The translations under genes and the position numbers were made by a program. A DNA stretch of 64,000 nt from Chrysomallon squamiferum (Eukaryota; Animalia; Mollusca), in the NCBI GenBank assembly GCA_012295275.1, contig CM022672.1:9300001-9364000 (forward strand), written 5' to 3'. How positions within the stretch are numbered: position 1 is the first letter of the stretch; each line of letters starts with the position of its first letter. Below are positions 1 through 15,823 of the stretch, in pieces. The notes under the pieces were generated by a model, which saw only the letters and a list, made by a program, of their open reading frames with translations, was not told the DNA's origin and made no database searches.

Positions 1-219
1 TGATTGCTTTACACAAACCTATAATCAAACAAACGAAACCAGACTCCATGATTCTGCTTTATTATACACGTGAATTCGTGACCAGAATTTCGAGTGTAAA
101 GAGCTTCAAAACGCTCAAATGAAATTATCTTCGAGAGATATGTTGAATACTGCATGTACTTTTTTTACAAACACAACCTTCGCCTCTGTCTCTGATTCTC
201 CGACAACACCCATTCTGCG

Positions 220-245
220 TGTATATGTGTTTGTCTGTGTATGTA

Positions 246-276
<31 letters not shown>

Positions 277-282
277 ATGTGT

Positions 283-342
<60 letters not shown>

Positions 343-350
343 TTATGTAT
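220..350. repeat. (GT)n/(GTAT)n microsatellite
   Basis: Seen directly. Confidence 0.95.
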
Positions 351-1399
351 TTACGTGTGCATGAAAAATGGTCATATCAATATCATTCTTCTGTTCATAG
401 TATTACTTTTACTGACATTCTGCATTTCACAATCTGAATTAAACCCTTATCTCTTTATGGCCTTTCCTCGAAAATTAAATTATAAAAAAAAAGAGGAAAA
501 TTCAATTCATCATATTATTATAATGGCTTGATGGACGACAGCTTTAACTGGTTATGGCATTTGGGTTTCTCTCAAACAGGTGCTAAGCTGTCATTGTAAA
601 GTTCCTATGATCCTCTTGCCTTCTAATATTGTTCGTAATGGCGTTCTGATCTTCTTGTAGTCAAGTTAAAAGAATTTAGAGGACCACCTTGTAAGGCAGT
701 GTTATTGTGACCCTAGCTGTTTCCACATGCGGAAGCTCAATATTATTAATTGAATGGATTTCTAAATTGAAGAATAATAGAAGCGTAAAGGACGTATTAT
801 ATTACATTCATTTATCGTTGATATATTAAAGCAACCATAATGAATTGTTGTTTTTTTTGGCTTATTTTTCCAACAGAAGGATCTCTTAAGTTTACAGATT
901 TTTAAATTTTGTCAGTCCTCCTTACCGTAGAATCAATTCAGTATTCGATCATTTTAAAACTGAAATTAAAGAAAGGAAAAATCAATTACAGTATCTTTCT
1001 TTTGTTTATGTCTTATTTGATTTTATAGTTTAGTCTTGATTAATAACGAAAAATAACAAGTGTTAAAAACTAATATATTATAGGCATCCGTTGTCATCAA
1101 ATAAAATAATATATATCTACCTCTGTATGTATGAATACATTTAAAGTTAATATTAAACCTGAGCTAAGTAGTAAAATAAATTGGTGTCAACACAACTGAA
1201 AACACCAATCATAGCACAAATCGACATTGCATGAGTTAATACTGTAAATAACACATATACACCCACACAAATATGCACGTATATAATTCAGCAATGTATC
1301 GTTGTTCATATTAAATCTAAGAATTCATTCAAAGGAATTATTAATAATCCCATTAATCTTTGAAGTGAAAGGGGGAGTCTTTTGTGGCTGAGAAAAGTT

Positions 1400-1430
<31 letters not shown>

Positions 1431-1627
1431 TGACAACTTCTGTGTTAATTTCTTTGTTTGTTTATTTTTATCTACATAGAACTGTGTTATATAAATTAAT
1501 ACTTGTCACCATGCAAGATCGAGGAGAGTACAAAACGAATCTTTAGTTTTCTTAGCTGTTCTTCATTACTTAACATGTTTCGAGTCTTTTTATTTTCATT
1601 CCTCTAAAGAATTCACGTCAGTTGCAT

Positions 1628-1789
1628 CAGCCATGTCAGATTGAAAGTACTTGTGGACCGGACTACTTATACATATTTTTAAATGGGCCAAATCATTTTG
1701 TTTCTGCTATACATTTAATTGCTTGAGAGCCACACTCGAAACCTTCATGAGCCATTAGCGGCCCGCGGGGCACGAAACGTCCGCCCCTG
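1628..1789. mobile_element. Degenerate hAT (Charlie-like) MITE remnant
   Basis: The right end GCGGCCCGCGGGG...CCGCCCCTG reads CAGGGGCGGAC...CCCGCGGGCCGC on the minus strand, typical of hAT termini. The left end CAGCCATGTCAGA...GGACCGGAC is degenerate; no TSD seen. Confidence 0.4.
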
Positions 1790-2169
1790 AGCATTGTGGC
1801 CCGAACGTTGCCACATAATATACAACATTCATTCATATTAAGTCAACTTCGATTTGTTTTATTTTGTTTCTTTACCAGTTGGTACGGCTATTTTATTTAT
1901 AATATTATTCCCAATAATGGTATTTACTTGGAGGTTTACTCTGAGGAACTGTAAATTCAAACCCGATATATTTACAAATAAAATTCAGAGGGATCCATAA
2001 TTAAATAGATGTTTCTCTTTACTTCACTTTTCCACTTTCTGTTATATTTGGAAGAATCTGAAGAGGTAATTGTCTTTCTTTCTCTCTGTTTCTCTATCTC
2101 TCTTTCTCTCCCATATATCATTGAAATATATCTTGGATATTTCAAAGAATCTGAATAACAAATTACATT

Positions 2170-2264
<95 letters not shown>

Positions 2265-2599
2265 TCGCACAGTTTATAATTTGTTTTTTCTTATAACACC
2301 ACGTTCTGTAGATAACTCAAAGATTTATTGCTATAAATCCAGCTGTGCGACTATTACATTATTGTGATCGTTCAACTGTTTCTGTTGACTTACGACTGTG
2401 CTGTGTCTTTGATGTTGTGCGCGGTTTTCTCTACGTCCCTCGCTTATTAACACGTCAGTCGATTAATGTGTGTGAACATGGAAATGTAACTCACTAACAC
2501 AAACAAAACAAAACAGCGGAAAAAAAAAGACAAAAAACAATTAACTGATTGCAAGGATTCTTAACTATAGCAGAAACATCTTTGTCTTCTGTTCTTTTT

Positions 2600-3020
2600 T
2601 TCCCCTTTTTTTCTCGGCACATTCCGTGCAGAAGGTGGTAAATAACGGTAAATGGCGCAAACAAGTCTCAAAAACGTCGCGCTAATCACAAAATCATGTT
2701 AAAACAAATGGTCCATGTTCGCGCAGCAAACTGTTGTTGCCGCCTGGATTGGCCATCAAGATGTCTTCGATTGATTGTCTGTTGTGCTGACTCGTATGTG
2801 CCGATTTCTGTAGAGTGTTGCCTAATGTATAATGCATCAAACATTTCTCAGTCACGAACTGTCGGCGGTACATCAACGTTTAATGCTCTGCACCTAAAAT
2901 AATGGATTCACCACCATCAGCTAGCAGTCAGGTTTTCAGCTTGGCCTCACCGGAAGTTCAGGCATGCGCGCAAGGACACTTCGAGGAGGTAAATAAATAA
3001 ACGAACCAATCACGGATTGT
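2600..3020. promoter_or_regulatory. Housekeeping-type promoter island
   Basis: ETS site CCGGAAGT 2950-2957, NRF1-like GCATGCGC 2962-2969, CCAAT boxes (AACCAATCAC about 3004; GATTGGCC about 2747), YY1-like AAATGGCG about 2651; CpG enriched. Confidence 0.55.
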
Positions 3021-3095
3021 TTATGTTAAATATTTTGCGATTATTTTTTCTAAAATACGAATCGTGTTTCAAGGTATCAATTCACGATTTGTTAA

Positions 3096-3132
<37 letters not shown>

Positions 3133-6100
3133 TAAATTATAACAACACCAACAATAATAAATAAATAAATAAATAAATAAATAACGTCCTTCAGCGGTCA
3201 AATAAAACAAAACTTTTTTTTTTAAGAATTATTACAGTTGGATTCTCTTCTTTTTTCATTGAAATAAAAATGTTATCTTTAAATTAAATCTGACATTTGT
3301 TTACAGAAATAAGTAAAAAAACAAACACCCAAAAAACAACGTTTCTCTCACTTCCAGGAAGTAATCTAATTCTTCTCATTAAGAAGAGATGAAAGGTGTT
3401 TTTACAATAACATTTTTTTTTATCTTAGCAATTCAACCCTTTGTTAGTTTTAATTTACACCTACGTTTTGATATCAGATTTTCCACACATAATTCTGTTG
3501 CTATTATTTTCTAAATAAAAAACTGTTTTTACTAAGGCTTTAGATCAAAGACATATGTTCGTAATAATTGTTTTTTTTTTTTTTTTAGTATTATTATTAT
3601 TTTTTTTATCAAAATGTCTTCTTTTTCACTTGATGATATTTTACGTAAAGAGCGTATAGCTGTAAGCCATGTTTGACAGAACAGCAGTATTAAAAATCAT
3701 GACACCTTCAATGCCTAACTGTCTGTTATAAGCAGTGGAAGTCATTATCGTCAGCATCATCACCTTCATGACCACTGTCATCATTTTCACCGATATTATC
3801 ATCATCATCTTCATAATCAGCATCACCATGAGCATCATAGTAGTCCTCTTCATGACAATTCTTCATATTCATTGCCATCATCATCATCATTTTCATTGCC
3901 ATAATCATCATCATTATTATTATCCTTATTATTATCATCATCGTTGTGCGAACAATACAAGGTTTATCTCAGAAGTCTCTTGAAGTCGAAGAATGACGCA
4001 TAAATACTAAATTATTGGCAATATGATCTTCATATTTTACAATCTGCTTTTACAGACAAAAAAAAAAAAAAATATATATATTTATGATATGATATTTTCT
4101 ATTTTAAAAGTAGAATCCTTCTTTAACTACCATGCAAATAACATTAGTTTATCTCAAAAATATGTTGAAGTCATTAGATAGAATCAGTTAGCAGGAAATA
4201 ATACAACAGGATATTTTTCAATAAACAGGTAAAACTGTTACCAGAAGTAGTTAACTGTTTAACAAATTTTATACCAAAACGTAACATATACATATTTTTG
4301 ATCAACGATTTTACGTCACAGAGATGAAACATGATGCTGAAATAAGTCTGACTACTCTTGAACTGTTTTTATACACACTTTCCCACTGACAGGAAATCGC
4401 CTTCCACGCAAATGGATAAGAACAGTGTGGGTGACTGTTAGTTCTTATTATCAGTAAATAATTTGAAATGTTTATTTTACATAATGCAAAACTGTGATTT
4501 AATGGGGGTTTTTGTTTTTGTGTTTTGTGTTGTTGTTTTTTTTTGTTTTGTTTTGAGTTTTTTCTTTTACGTGTTTGATAACTGAAACGTGGAATATTGT
4601 TTCATTACCCATCTGTAATTTGCTATTAACGTAAAGGACTGTGGAGGATTCGCGACTGTTAAATCATTAGAAATGTTTATATAACACGTCACGTATTAAA
4701 TGAGCCGAGACCAGGAAAAGGAAAGCTAAACAGTATCATATTAATAATTTAAAATACAAACTGATGTAATTTTCATCTATTCTTTTTTTTTTTATATTTT
4801 TCAACATTTTTCTAGACTTTCTGACTCAAAAGTATTCCTAAAGAACATTTTAAAATAACCTTAAAACATACAAACAGTGTAAGAAGAATTATCGAGATTA
4901 AAAAAACAAAAATGGTATAATTAATTGGAGATATTAAATATATAATGTTTATTCTGAAGTGATAAGCTGGTATGTTGGTTTTAGTTTGATATAATTTCAT
5001 CAGAATTTATAACTGGATTCAGTAACTCCTTTAATTAGAAGAAAAAAAATGTTCTTCGTCATCTTTATCGTTGTCATTATATTCATCTTTTTCTGTTGTT
5101 TCTTCTTTGTATCACCATCATCATCATCATCATCATAATCATCATCATCGTTATCATTGTTCTTATTGTTGATGGAGTTGTTTGTTGTATATATTGTTTT
5201 CTTCATCAAGTCTTTCTTCAACTTCTTATCCTTCTCACTTCTTTGTTGTTATATTATTAATTGTATTCGTCTTTTAATTACCATTAACAGTAGCAGTAAT
5301 AAGTATTTGTTTAACTGTTGCATGTTCTGTTATTGTTCTTGATGATGTTGTTGTATCAATACTATTTTAGACTCAATAGAATTCCTTAGGAATCTCTTCG
5401 TGTATTTTAGTTAATAAAATGCACCATCGCTTTCTGTTAAAATGTGAAAGCACCAAACAGTACTTTTTAATAATTTAACATTCAGAACTCCAATTAAACA
5501 GCAGGCTACTAGCTATAGTAACGTCATGCACAGTTCTTACTAAACCATTTCCTTGTTAACTGTATCTCCCCGGCAAGTCTTAGCACATCACGGGATGTTT
5601 ACATCCAAAATAACATGCCAGTCTATTCACTGACTGCAAAAAAAGAAAATAAAAGAAGAAAAAAAAAGAAAAAAAAGAAAAAGGAAACCCGACAAGCTGG
5701 GATGTCCATATGGTTCTTGTATACAAGAGAACGAATTAACCTGAATGATCTTCGTAATTTCGACGGGTGAATGTAAAAAACACACACTCGTAGCTAAAAA
5801 ACAAGATAACGAGTATTTGTGTAGAAAATGATTTTTTTTTTAGAGCAAGATGCGTGTGTGGTACTAGCAACAAAACCTTTCAGATGGTTCAGACAGATTC
5901 TTCAGTTTGTATTGTATCTTTGAATTGTCTCATCTTTCTGGAGTTTTTTCCAACAATTTTCGATCTTGGCATACCAGATGTCAGAGTCCCATCCACTAAG
6001 TATAAACATGAAGTGAAATCAAATACTGCAAAGTCAGAAGGTTCACATGCTTTAACCTCTTGTGGGTGTAGTATGCTTCATGTTTTTTTGTTGCTTTTTT

Positions 6101-7180
6101 TGTTTGTTTTTTTTTTTTTTTTTTTTTTTTGTTTGTTTTAACGAAATTAATACTTTGGTCTCTAATTCGGTTATTATGTGTATTCATTACTGACACGAGC
6201 CGTACAACACTGGAATGCGGTACTGCAAGAGGATAGGAGAGAAGGAGTGGCAACAATTCTAATAAAAGAATATAGTAAAATGGTGGGGGAAATTGGGGCA
6301 AAAAAAAAAAGAAGGATAATCGTGTAAAGAAACCAAATTAGCAAAGATTAACATGTCGTGAAATTTGTGCAAACTGCACGTCAACGCTTTATAAAAGACT
6401 ATTAGCTTTGTCTTTTAATCTCTGTAAACCCTTTTGAAGTCTATTTGTCCACACAGTGTGTGCATTACCAGTTTTAAGGAACAAATCATACACCCTGAAT
6501 CGTTCTACCCTGGTGGAGCAGTTCTGGAAAATGGAACGATACGTAATGGATAGATGACAGAATGTTAAGTCATTTCACTGATTATATTAAGTTCGAAATA
6601 TTTGCAGTTAACAGATTTTACAAACTCTATCTAAACTAAACTCTTAAACTAAAACTGAGAAATCAAAATTTATTCTACGAGCATGTTCAGTGTCAAATGC
6701 AATTCATTTTGATTCATTTAATCCTGTTATTGGATTTATTAATTATTATGTCCATAGCTGCTATTGGAGTAGAACAGCAACGGCTACAGTAGAAAGTGTG
6801 CGTGAAAGATTTCTCGTTTACTTGGATTACTCTCCCTTTCTGCGATCGATCTTCGGTTCAGAGTTCTGTATATCAATGAAGCTTATATTACAGGCGTGCG
6901 TGACCGTTGTGCGATTATTCTATCACTTATTTATAGTTTGTTTAAACTTGTCTTTATTTAATCAAAGTCCCACGATGAGTCTTGTAGCAGACAGCAAAGG
7001 TTTTAGAAATTTCTTTAAAACAAGAGTAAGCGTACATGATCGCGGTCCCTTTGTAGCAAGTAGGCCAGTTTCGATCTGCATGGCAACTTTATTTTCTTAT
7101 CGACTGTGATATTGTGTGAGTGGGTGTTTGTGCTTGTGTGCATTTGTGTGCATATGAGTTACAAAGAGATATATATATAA

Positions 7181-7340
<160 letters not shown>

Positions 7341-8116
7341 ACTGACTGTGTATGGTATTACTAGTGACTGAATTACAGTTAACGAGTTAATTGTGTAAAA
7401 TAAAACCAGGAATAATTCATTCACAGCATGACTAAACGAAACAGCCGTTGATTATTTTACATTTTAGCTGATAATGTTCCTTACGACTTTATATATAGTC
7501 AGCGCAAATAGAAACGTACATTCGAAAATAATATTTGAACTGTTTGTTCCATAAAGGGTATAACAATAACAGTTACATTTAGTAATATCTCTTATAAATA
7601 AACACCATGGATCGTTTTGTTTAATGTACGACTGTTGTAGGCTTACACTTCCCATACTCTTTCAATATTAAGTTACTGCAATACAGTTTAAACGAAAAAC
7701 TAAGCATTGATTTTTCCATAGAACTGAAGGGAAAGATAAACCAACGGGAAACAATCCAACAAAAAGACTTAGAAGAACTGATAAGTTATCTTTCAGACAT
7801 CACCATTCTTTCTAATTCATAGCTATAGCCAGCCCCTTTGCGATGACGAAGGTAACTAGTATATGGTTTGAAATAAATATCACATACAATCCTTCTGTGA
7901 CTTAAATAACCATAGCGTCACCACTGTAGCCATATAATAACGTAATATGTATAATTAAACCATTGATCACTGAAAATAATGCGAAGTGCGTGTCGTTATG
8001 ATAATATTTACTGCTAACTAAAACAGTCTTGACGTGTTTGCTTACCGAAACGATAGTGTTTATTCGCAGGACAATGAGCATTGATATAATAGTCTGTATT
8101 GATTTAAAGAAGGCAC

Positions 8117-8345
8117 CGTTACGTGACACGATCAGTTATCTTGCAGGACAGTTATTGGATATAAAACGGTACAGTTACGTGATCAGTTATCTCAAAGAAC
8201 TGATATTAGATATAATATGGTATAGTTACGTGACGCAAACGTTTAACTCAGAGAAGTATTATTAGATATAAAACGGTATAGTTACGTGACAGTGACAGTT
8301 ATCTCAGAAAACCGTTATTAGATATAAAACAGCACAGATATAAAA
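8117..8345. repeat. Minisatellite, about 52-56 bp unit, 4 copies
   Basis: Recurring GTTACGTGA...CAGTTATCT...TTATTAGATATAAAACGGTA. Confidence 0.85.
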
Positions 8346-9432
8346 CAGAGTCAGTTATGTTTATTAATAAATAAGAAATATAAATAATTATATAGTGATT
8401 TACGTATTTTCTGAGAATATAAAGATTTAACTGTTATTAGCCGCGGAAAGATAAAATTATTTGACGTTAACAGTTATATATTTTTTATAGATATTTACGA
8501 AGAATTAAATAATACGTATAAGTAAATTCTAAGACAAACAGACAGAGTGATAAATAACGTTATAAATATGTAAATAATTATATACTATTATATACAGGCA
8601 TTAATATAATAATATGTTATAATTAATTATATACTTATAGGTATAGCCATGCATTAATACACGTTATAAATAATTATACATATATAAGTAGTACAGGCAA
8701 GCATTAATACATATAATAAGCAATTATATTTTATTATATATAAGCATAGATTAATATATCTTATAAATAATCGTATATTAATCCACATTATAAATAATTA
8801 TATACTGACAATATATAGGTATACAATAATACATATTATAAAAAAGTTATATATTATGTATTGAACTACAGATCATGAAAATAACAATAACTGTTAAGTG
8901 TATCATTAAGAAATATTTTTACTAAAAAGTAATGAATCTAAGATTCATTTATTTTATTATGCTTATTATAAAAAATGGCTTTGTGTACCTGGCAACTCAT
9001 GTTCTATATCCATGTAGATATCACTGCAAATATAAACAAAATATTACTTGAAAAAGATTACACAGACTTTAAAGAAAAGCGATTTTGCAACCATCAAAAC
9101 AAAAAAAAAAATAAAAAATAAATGTGTATGTTTTTGTTTGGTTTTTTGGTTTTTATTTATATTTTTTTTTTTTTTTTTTTTTGTTTTGGGTTCTTTTGTG
9201 AATTTTCAAATTTTTTTATTGTATTTGTGCTTCAAAGTGTGACAGTTTAAATATTATATAAGCCTAAACTGGTCTACAAGCTTCATTTGTTCAGCTTTTT
9301 AATATCAATAGTGAAACACAATAAAATATTAATGTGACGTTTTTAAGTGAAAACCTTTCAAACGAAACTAACGTGATCGATGATGCATTGCGTACATATG
9401 TGTATTATTAATACAAGTGTCTTTGGTTGTTG

Positions 9433-9485
<53 letters not shown>

Positions 9486-10204
9486 TTTTTATTTATCTAA
9501 TTTGTTTATCCTTTACTTATTAGGTTTATTATGTTTTAATTTCTTTTATCAGTGTCTGATAATTGACTATACAGCACTGGTTTCTGAATTAGCTTATCTT
9601 TCCACGGTCGTATGTTTAAGATGAAAAACAAATACATTTAGCCGTCTTTATGATAATTGTTCTTTATTCGTATCTAAAACAAACACCTATATTCATTTAT
9701 TATTCAAAAACAAAATGCGCCCAAGTATTTACAACAAGAAGATAAAAAAATAAAAAAATAAATAAAAAAAATAGGGAAATACGCGTACAAAATCTAGCGC
9801 GACAGAAATACAGATAAATTAGGAGATTTAAACAGAAAACGATTATAAAATTTAACAGAGAATGTGACCCTGACCGTCGAATCGGGTATTATGTCGCATT
9901 TTGAGAGTACTGTGCCACGTAGACGTTCACGTTTTTATGTTATAATTTTAATTTTAATACCACTCCCTTTTCCATACTTTGAGTGGTTGCAAAGACACGA
10001 CTAGCTGAATATCAGTAATCTTTGACAATTGTCAACTATTTTGACTAATTTCTACAATCCTGGATTGAAACAAAATCTTTTTAAATAATTTCTAACACTA
10101 TATATTCAAGCTTTGTTTCTTAATTTCCTTTAAAATAAACACTCCCCCACAAAATTTTTTTAAATTCTTGGAATCGTCATATATGTGTGTGTATGTGTAT
10201 ACAT

Positions 10205-10395
10205 TTATACATCACATACACACACATATTCATACATACATACATACATACATAAATACATACATACATACATGCATACATACATACATACATACATTCA
10301 TACATAAATACATACATACATACATACATACATACATACATACATACATACATACATACATACACACCCACACACACACACAAACATACATACAT
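10205..10395. repeat. (ATAC)n microsatellite
   Basis: Seen directly; similar arrays at about 12720-12970, 38370-38530 and 63095-63165. Confidence 0.95.
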
Positions 10396-10991
10396 AGTGA
10401 CAATAGATGTTTCGAAATAGAAATAAAAATATCATGCATTCACATTTTTTTATTTAATTATTTTTTTTTTTTTTTTTTTTTAACGTATTGTGACCTAATA
10501 CTTAATTTGACGCACAAGGTCACACACACAGTAATTTTAGTGATTTATCGATTCACCTCTTTGATGATAATTATTACTGCTGTCATTCTGCTAAATCCAT
10601 TTTTGCAGCTGTGTGAGAATTATCGCCAGCAGAGTAATGCTGATTGTCACTAAACTTTACAATTTTACCATGATATATGTAAAAAATAAAATATCAGTAT
10701 GTACAATTTAATAATATTTGTACGTCTGCATCTGACTGCGGCTTGTATACATTAAATGCTAATGATGAATACGAAACATCCTGTTCCGAAACAAACAAAC
10801 AAACAAACAATTAAATAATAGTGCCAGTTCATTCCCTTCAGCTTCAAAACACGTCCCTCAGATTCAAGACTTTGTTAATGTGTTTAACTGTATGATTCTG
10901 TGCTGTATTATTATCATTATCATTGACATTTCTAATACAGATACAACATCTAATACTGCTACTACTGCTGCTGCTATTATTATTATTATTA

Positions 10992-11050
<59 letters not shown>

Positions 11051-12059
11051 TCATTGAATTCATATCTTTAGTAGTGTGATAAATACTTGCTTCATATTAT
11101 ATCTACGTCCGGCATTTTATTTTACGCACAATTTCATAATAACATCTTGCGTCATATCAGTTTTGTTTTGTTCTGTAGCCTTAGAGACTTCTGTTTTTAG
11201 TATGATTTATGACATCATGAAAATGCACTGTGTGTAACTGCCTGGTTAATTATGCTAAAGGCTCCATATGTCAGTTCTATCAAACAACGTTAAGGTAAAA
11301 TGTATAACAACCATCTTTGTCATTTTACAAAACACTTTGAATCTTAGTTCTGACATCCCACGTTAATGATAATGAAACTAAATCATAGCCATATCTTGGA
11401 ATGTCTCTTAACACGGTTTAACGTACATAGCCGTTTGTTTGATTTCAAGTTCATTTTTTTTCGTTATTCTTTTCTAATCTTTCTTATTTTTTTGTAATTT
11501 TAATTTTTTAATTTTTTAATTTTTTTAATTTTAATTTTTTTAATTTCTTTAATTTATATTTTTTTCTTCTAAAATATGAGTTCATTGTCTTGGCTATTTC
11601 ATGCTGACAATTTGGTAACTTTAAATCTAATTGCTACTGTGCCAAATAATCGTACTGTCTGATAAAACAATGGTTTTTGTTTTACCATTGATTTATCATA
11701 AAACATCGCAGAAGACATTTTATTCCAACAAAAGACAATTCAGATAGCGATACAAATGACAGATAGTAATAACAATATCTAATGGCAAATTACTGACAAC
11801 AAAGATTCTGACACTATGACTATTTTAAGAAACACAAATCATATTTTCTCATTAAAAGAATTTCCATTTTAATATCATGTTCAGTTTACTCTACCTACTA
11901 ATTAGGAGTTCAGTCATTTATAGTGTTTGTATGCTTATTTTAAAAAAAAATTATTTCACTTTTTCTTTCTGAACTATGTATCTTTTCAATATCATTAAAT
12001 CAACGTAAATAACTCGATATTATTAATCTTCCAAGGTATCAAAAGCGAGCGAGCGAGCG

Positions 12060-12155
<96 letters not shown>

Positions 12156-15100
12156 GACCTCCTTTACCCTCCTCGTACCACAAAGGCTATTTCCAATACA
12201 TGAATGGTAACTAAAAAAAAAAAAATAAAAACCCATCATTTACTGATACCGAAAGCCATCAACCAAAGATTTATTTTATATTCAAAAAATATATTCATAA
12301 AAAAAAAAAAAAAAAAAAATAAATAACATCAATAGAAATAATACTGATGATCTGTTATTTGTTGTTTTTGCACGCAACATGGAACACAGTGTGGTTAATG
12401 GTACGAAAGACACAGCTGGAGTAAAACTCGGTTTATGGGGTAGTAATTCCCCGGCCTCTGCAGTCGACCTGCTTGATGGATGAGATGAGAATGCTGCATA
12501 TTGTCTGTCCCGCTTCGCGCTGTGATGAAATAACATAATTACGTAACACATGCAGTTATTTCCTGATTACTCTCCCTGATCTAACAACCACTGTTTTTTT
12601 TGTTTTAATTACATTAAACCATTATCGCACCAGTGTTACGTGTTTATGGCTAGTAGAAAACAGAAGTATATTTTTTTGTATAATACTGTGTGGTATAAAT
12701 GCATGCATTCACGCACGCATATTTATACCTACATGCATACGTACGTACGTACATACATACATATATATTTATACATACATACATATACATACATATATAT
12801 ATACACACACACAGACACATATATACATACACACATAAATACATATACATGTACTTACATACATACGTAATGCATACGTACATATTTGCATAATTACACA
12901 CATACAAACATATATATATATATATATATACATACATAGATACGTCCGTAAAGTATACATATATACATACATTTAGAGATAGATATATACAACCTGTAAC
13001 ATAACTAATGCAAATTACAAATCACTAAATATTGATTTTGAAAACATGAAATAATGGTTCAGAAGAGTTCAATTTAATAAACATTTTTTTTTCTTTATAA
13101 ATTTTACATTCGATATTATTTTTTCAAATCCTTGTTTCAGGTGGATAATGTTGTTTTGTTTTTTTCCTACAATATATATATTTTTTTTCTTCTGATAATG
13201 CAATTGCACTAACAACATAACGCAGCATTATAAAAAATCAATGGCACTTCGATGCAGTTGCCTTCACAATTGATTGTACACTTCGGTGTGTAGGAAATAA
13301 GAAGTCGTTTCCAATGGTAACTATAGACGCAAATTCTGTCGTAAGCGGAACATTTTATTACGGTTGACCTTAACCTACTGAAGCAGTTGTGCAATTATGT
13401 TCACTTCGTATATACTGTTCATGTGTTTCAGTAAAAAAAATTCTTTTCATGCATTAAAGCCAGAAACATATTTGTCTTAATTTTAGATTTTTATGTGATG
13501 ATTGCAACAGCACTGTTTTCAGAACAGACCAATTCCAAATTGCCATTGCATATCTTTTAACTGTTTTGTTAGATAACGTTACCATTACGCCCAAAGAGAG
13601 AGAAAGGAAAAAAAAGTATAATAACAATGGGTATCAGATTCTTTTGTTTGCACTGCGTTATCATTCTTTCTTTTGCCATCAACGTTAATTTCCGAAATTA
13701 CTTTTTGTTGATCAGCCGATAACAGTTTCAGCTCAGAGGTCCTTTAATTATTCATTATTCAATTGTACATTTTTTTATTTATTTATTCATTCGCTCGTAT
13801 GTTCCCATCTTGTGTTGTTTGTGTTATCTCACACTATGTAGACACGCGAAAAATAATTCTGAATAACGGTGCTGTACCGTCATGCAGATTATACCGTTGT
13901 GGAGAATTACACCGTTACTACACTGATACCGCTACAGAGGGTTATGCTGATATGACCTTTGTAATGTGTTATTCAGTTATTACATTCAAATTTCCATCAA
14001 GTGCGTTTCCATTATTACAGATTTATTCTGTTACACAGATATATTGCTAGATAAGAGATTTATGCCGTTATACTGAATAGTGTGGCCATTTCAGAATTAA
14101 ATGATTATTATTGTTATACAGTTGGACGTTTGACTCGAGGCAGTCAGCTGATCTCCCAAAAGCAAGAAGGAAATGATTCTTATTTTTTTAATCAATACAA
14201 AACTTCGGGCAAATAAATTCCTTCTGTCTTAGTCAAAAGAGAGCTCCATGTGCCTGTTACAAAAATAAACAGTTATAAAGATTATACCATTATTATTAAT
14301 ACTGTTATTTCAAGTTTTATATAGTTGTTACCATTATACCAGTAGAGAGACCTATACGATTATACATAGTTAAAGCGTACAAAATTTTATCGTTATTATA
14401 ATTAGATTGTTACATTACGTTATATCATTATTTCACAGATTTTTGATTGCTGATTGCCAGTTTAGGACATCAACTCATTAAGACTTGTGGGTTTAGCTTT
14501 GAATGCACATATCTGGAGCTTCTGTGTTTGAAGAATTAATTTTAATTTAACGAGATATTTCTCAAGTTTTTTATTCTAACTGGCAGACAGTACACATTTT
14601 AAAAACCTGAGAATTTGCTCTTTAACTTTTCAAAACCATTAGATGTCATATAAAAATGCAACCTCGAAAAATTAGCTATATTAAAATCTCGATACTTTTT
14701 TGAATTTATTTTTTGTTTTTATTTATTTGTTTTTTGTTTTGGTCTTTTTTTTTTATTTTTTTATTTTTTTTATTTTTTGTCTTCATCTTTTTCTTCTCCT
14801 TCTTTATCCCATGGTTTAAAACGGCAATATAAATAGTACACAAAACCATTTGAAATAATGTTTGTATTTATCTATTCAAGATTTTGAAAAGCTTTTGCGT
14901 GCTTCGCCAATATTACCGCTAATGTAAATGTGTGATAAATATGCTTTATTGTTATTACTGCATATCGACCAATAACGCCAGAAAAAAAAAAAAAAATCGT
15001 TAGCTTAATTTATGACGATATAATTCTGAGCTAAAGGAACTAATCGCCTACGATGAAATATACTATAAATCGTTTGCAGTGTTTGTCTCAGTTGTGTAAT

Positions 15101-15717
15101 GCTTAGCAGAACTGTTATTATTTTCAGCTTTGGGAATCTCGCATGAAGAAATCTTTACATTTTCATTTTTATTTTGTCGGACATTAAAGAAGCAAAAAGA
15201 AAAAAAAAGTATCATTAACATCACATTTTACACAATCACTTGGCCCACTTTGCATTTCACGATCTCATCAAAGCAAGGGTTTCCATCTTCATAAATTTTC
15301 TACCCATTATGTCCTGTGTTATTATTCTTTCTGACACTTTTTAAAGATTGTTCCATTAAAGAAACATTACGCACGATTGTGTGTAGCGGCATTTCCAAGC
15401 CGAGAGAACTGGCCAGTGAAAGGTGTAATTAATTTTATTAATGAAAGTTTTATGCTGCTAATTTCAATTCATGAGCTTCGTGCTCGAATGGACACTTAAG
15501 TCTTTCTAAGTCCAAAAATGAAGAAACATTAATTAATGTTTGATTTAAAGTTTGTGTGTAAAATAACTATGCACGTTTGTTTTATGCATGTTTAATGTTT
15601 CTGGAAAGAGATAATAAATGGAAGGTAATGATTTCTAAATAGCTTTCTTTTGTGATCATTTACTTATACCGGGTATAAATTTATTCAACAAACGAGAGAC
15701 ATAGAAATATAGAGAAG

Positions 15718-15823
<106 letters not shown>

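Noticed and set aside
3641-3983. His-rich / Asp-rich / Met-rich overlapping ORFs
   Set aside because: Degenerate (CAT)n trinucleotide tract open in several frames on both strands; no splice context or domain.
5592-5603. TGTAAACATCCC on the minus strand resembling the miR-30 5' end
   Set aside because: Only about 12 nt match, no pre-miRNA hairpin, and miR-30 is vertebrate-restricted.
6690-7109. 139-aa non-repetitive ORF
   Set aside because: Non-ATG start, no recognisable motif and no flanking splice signals; likely chance.
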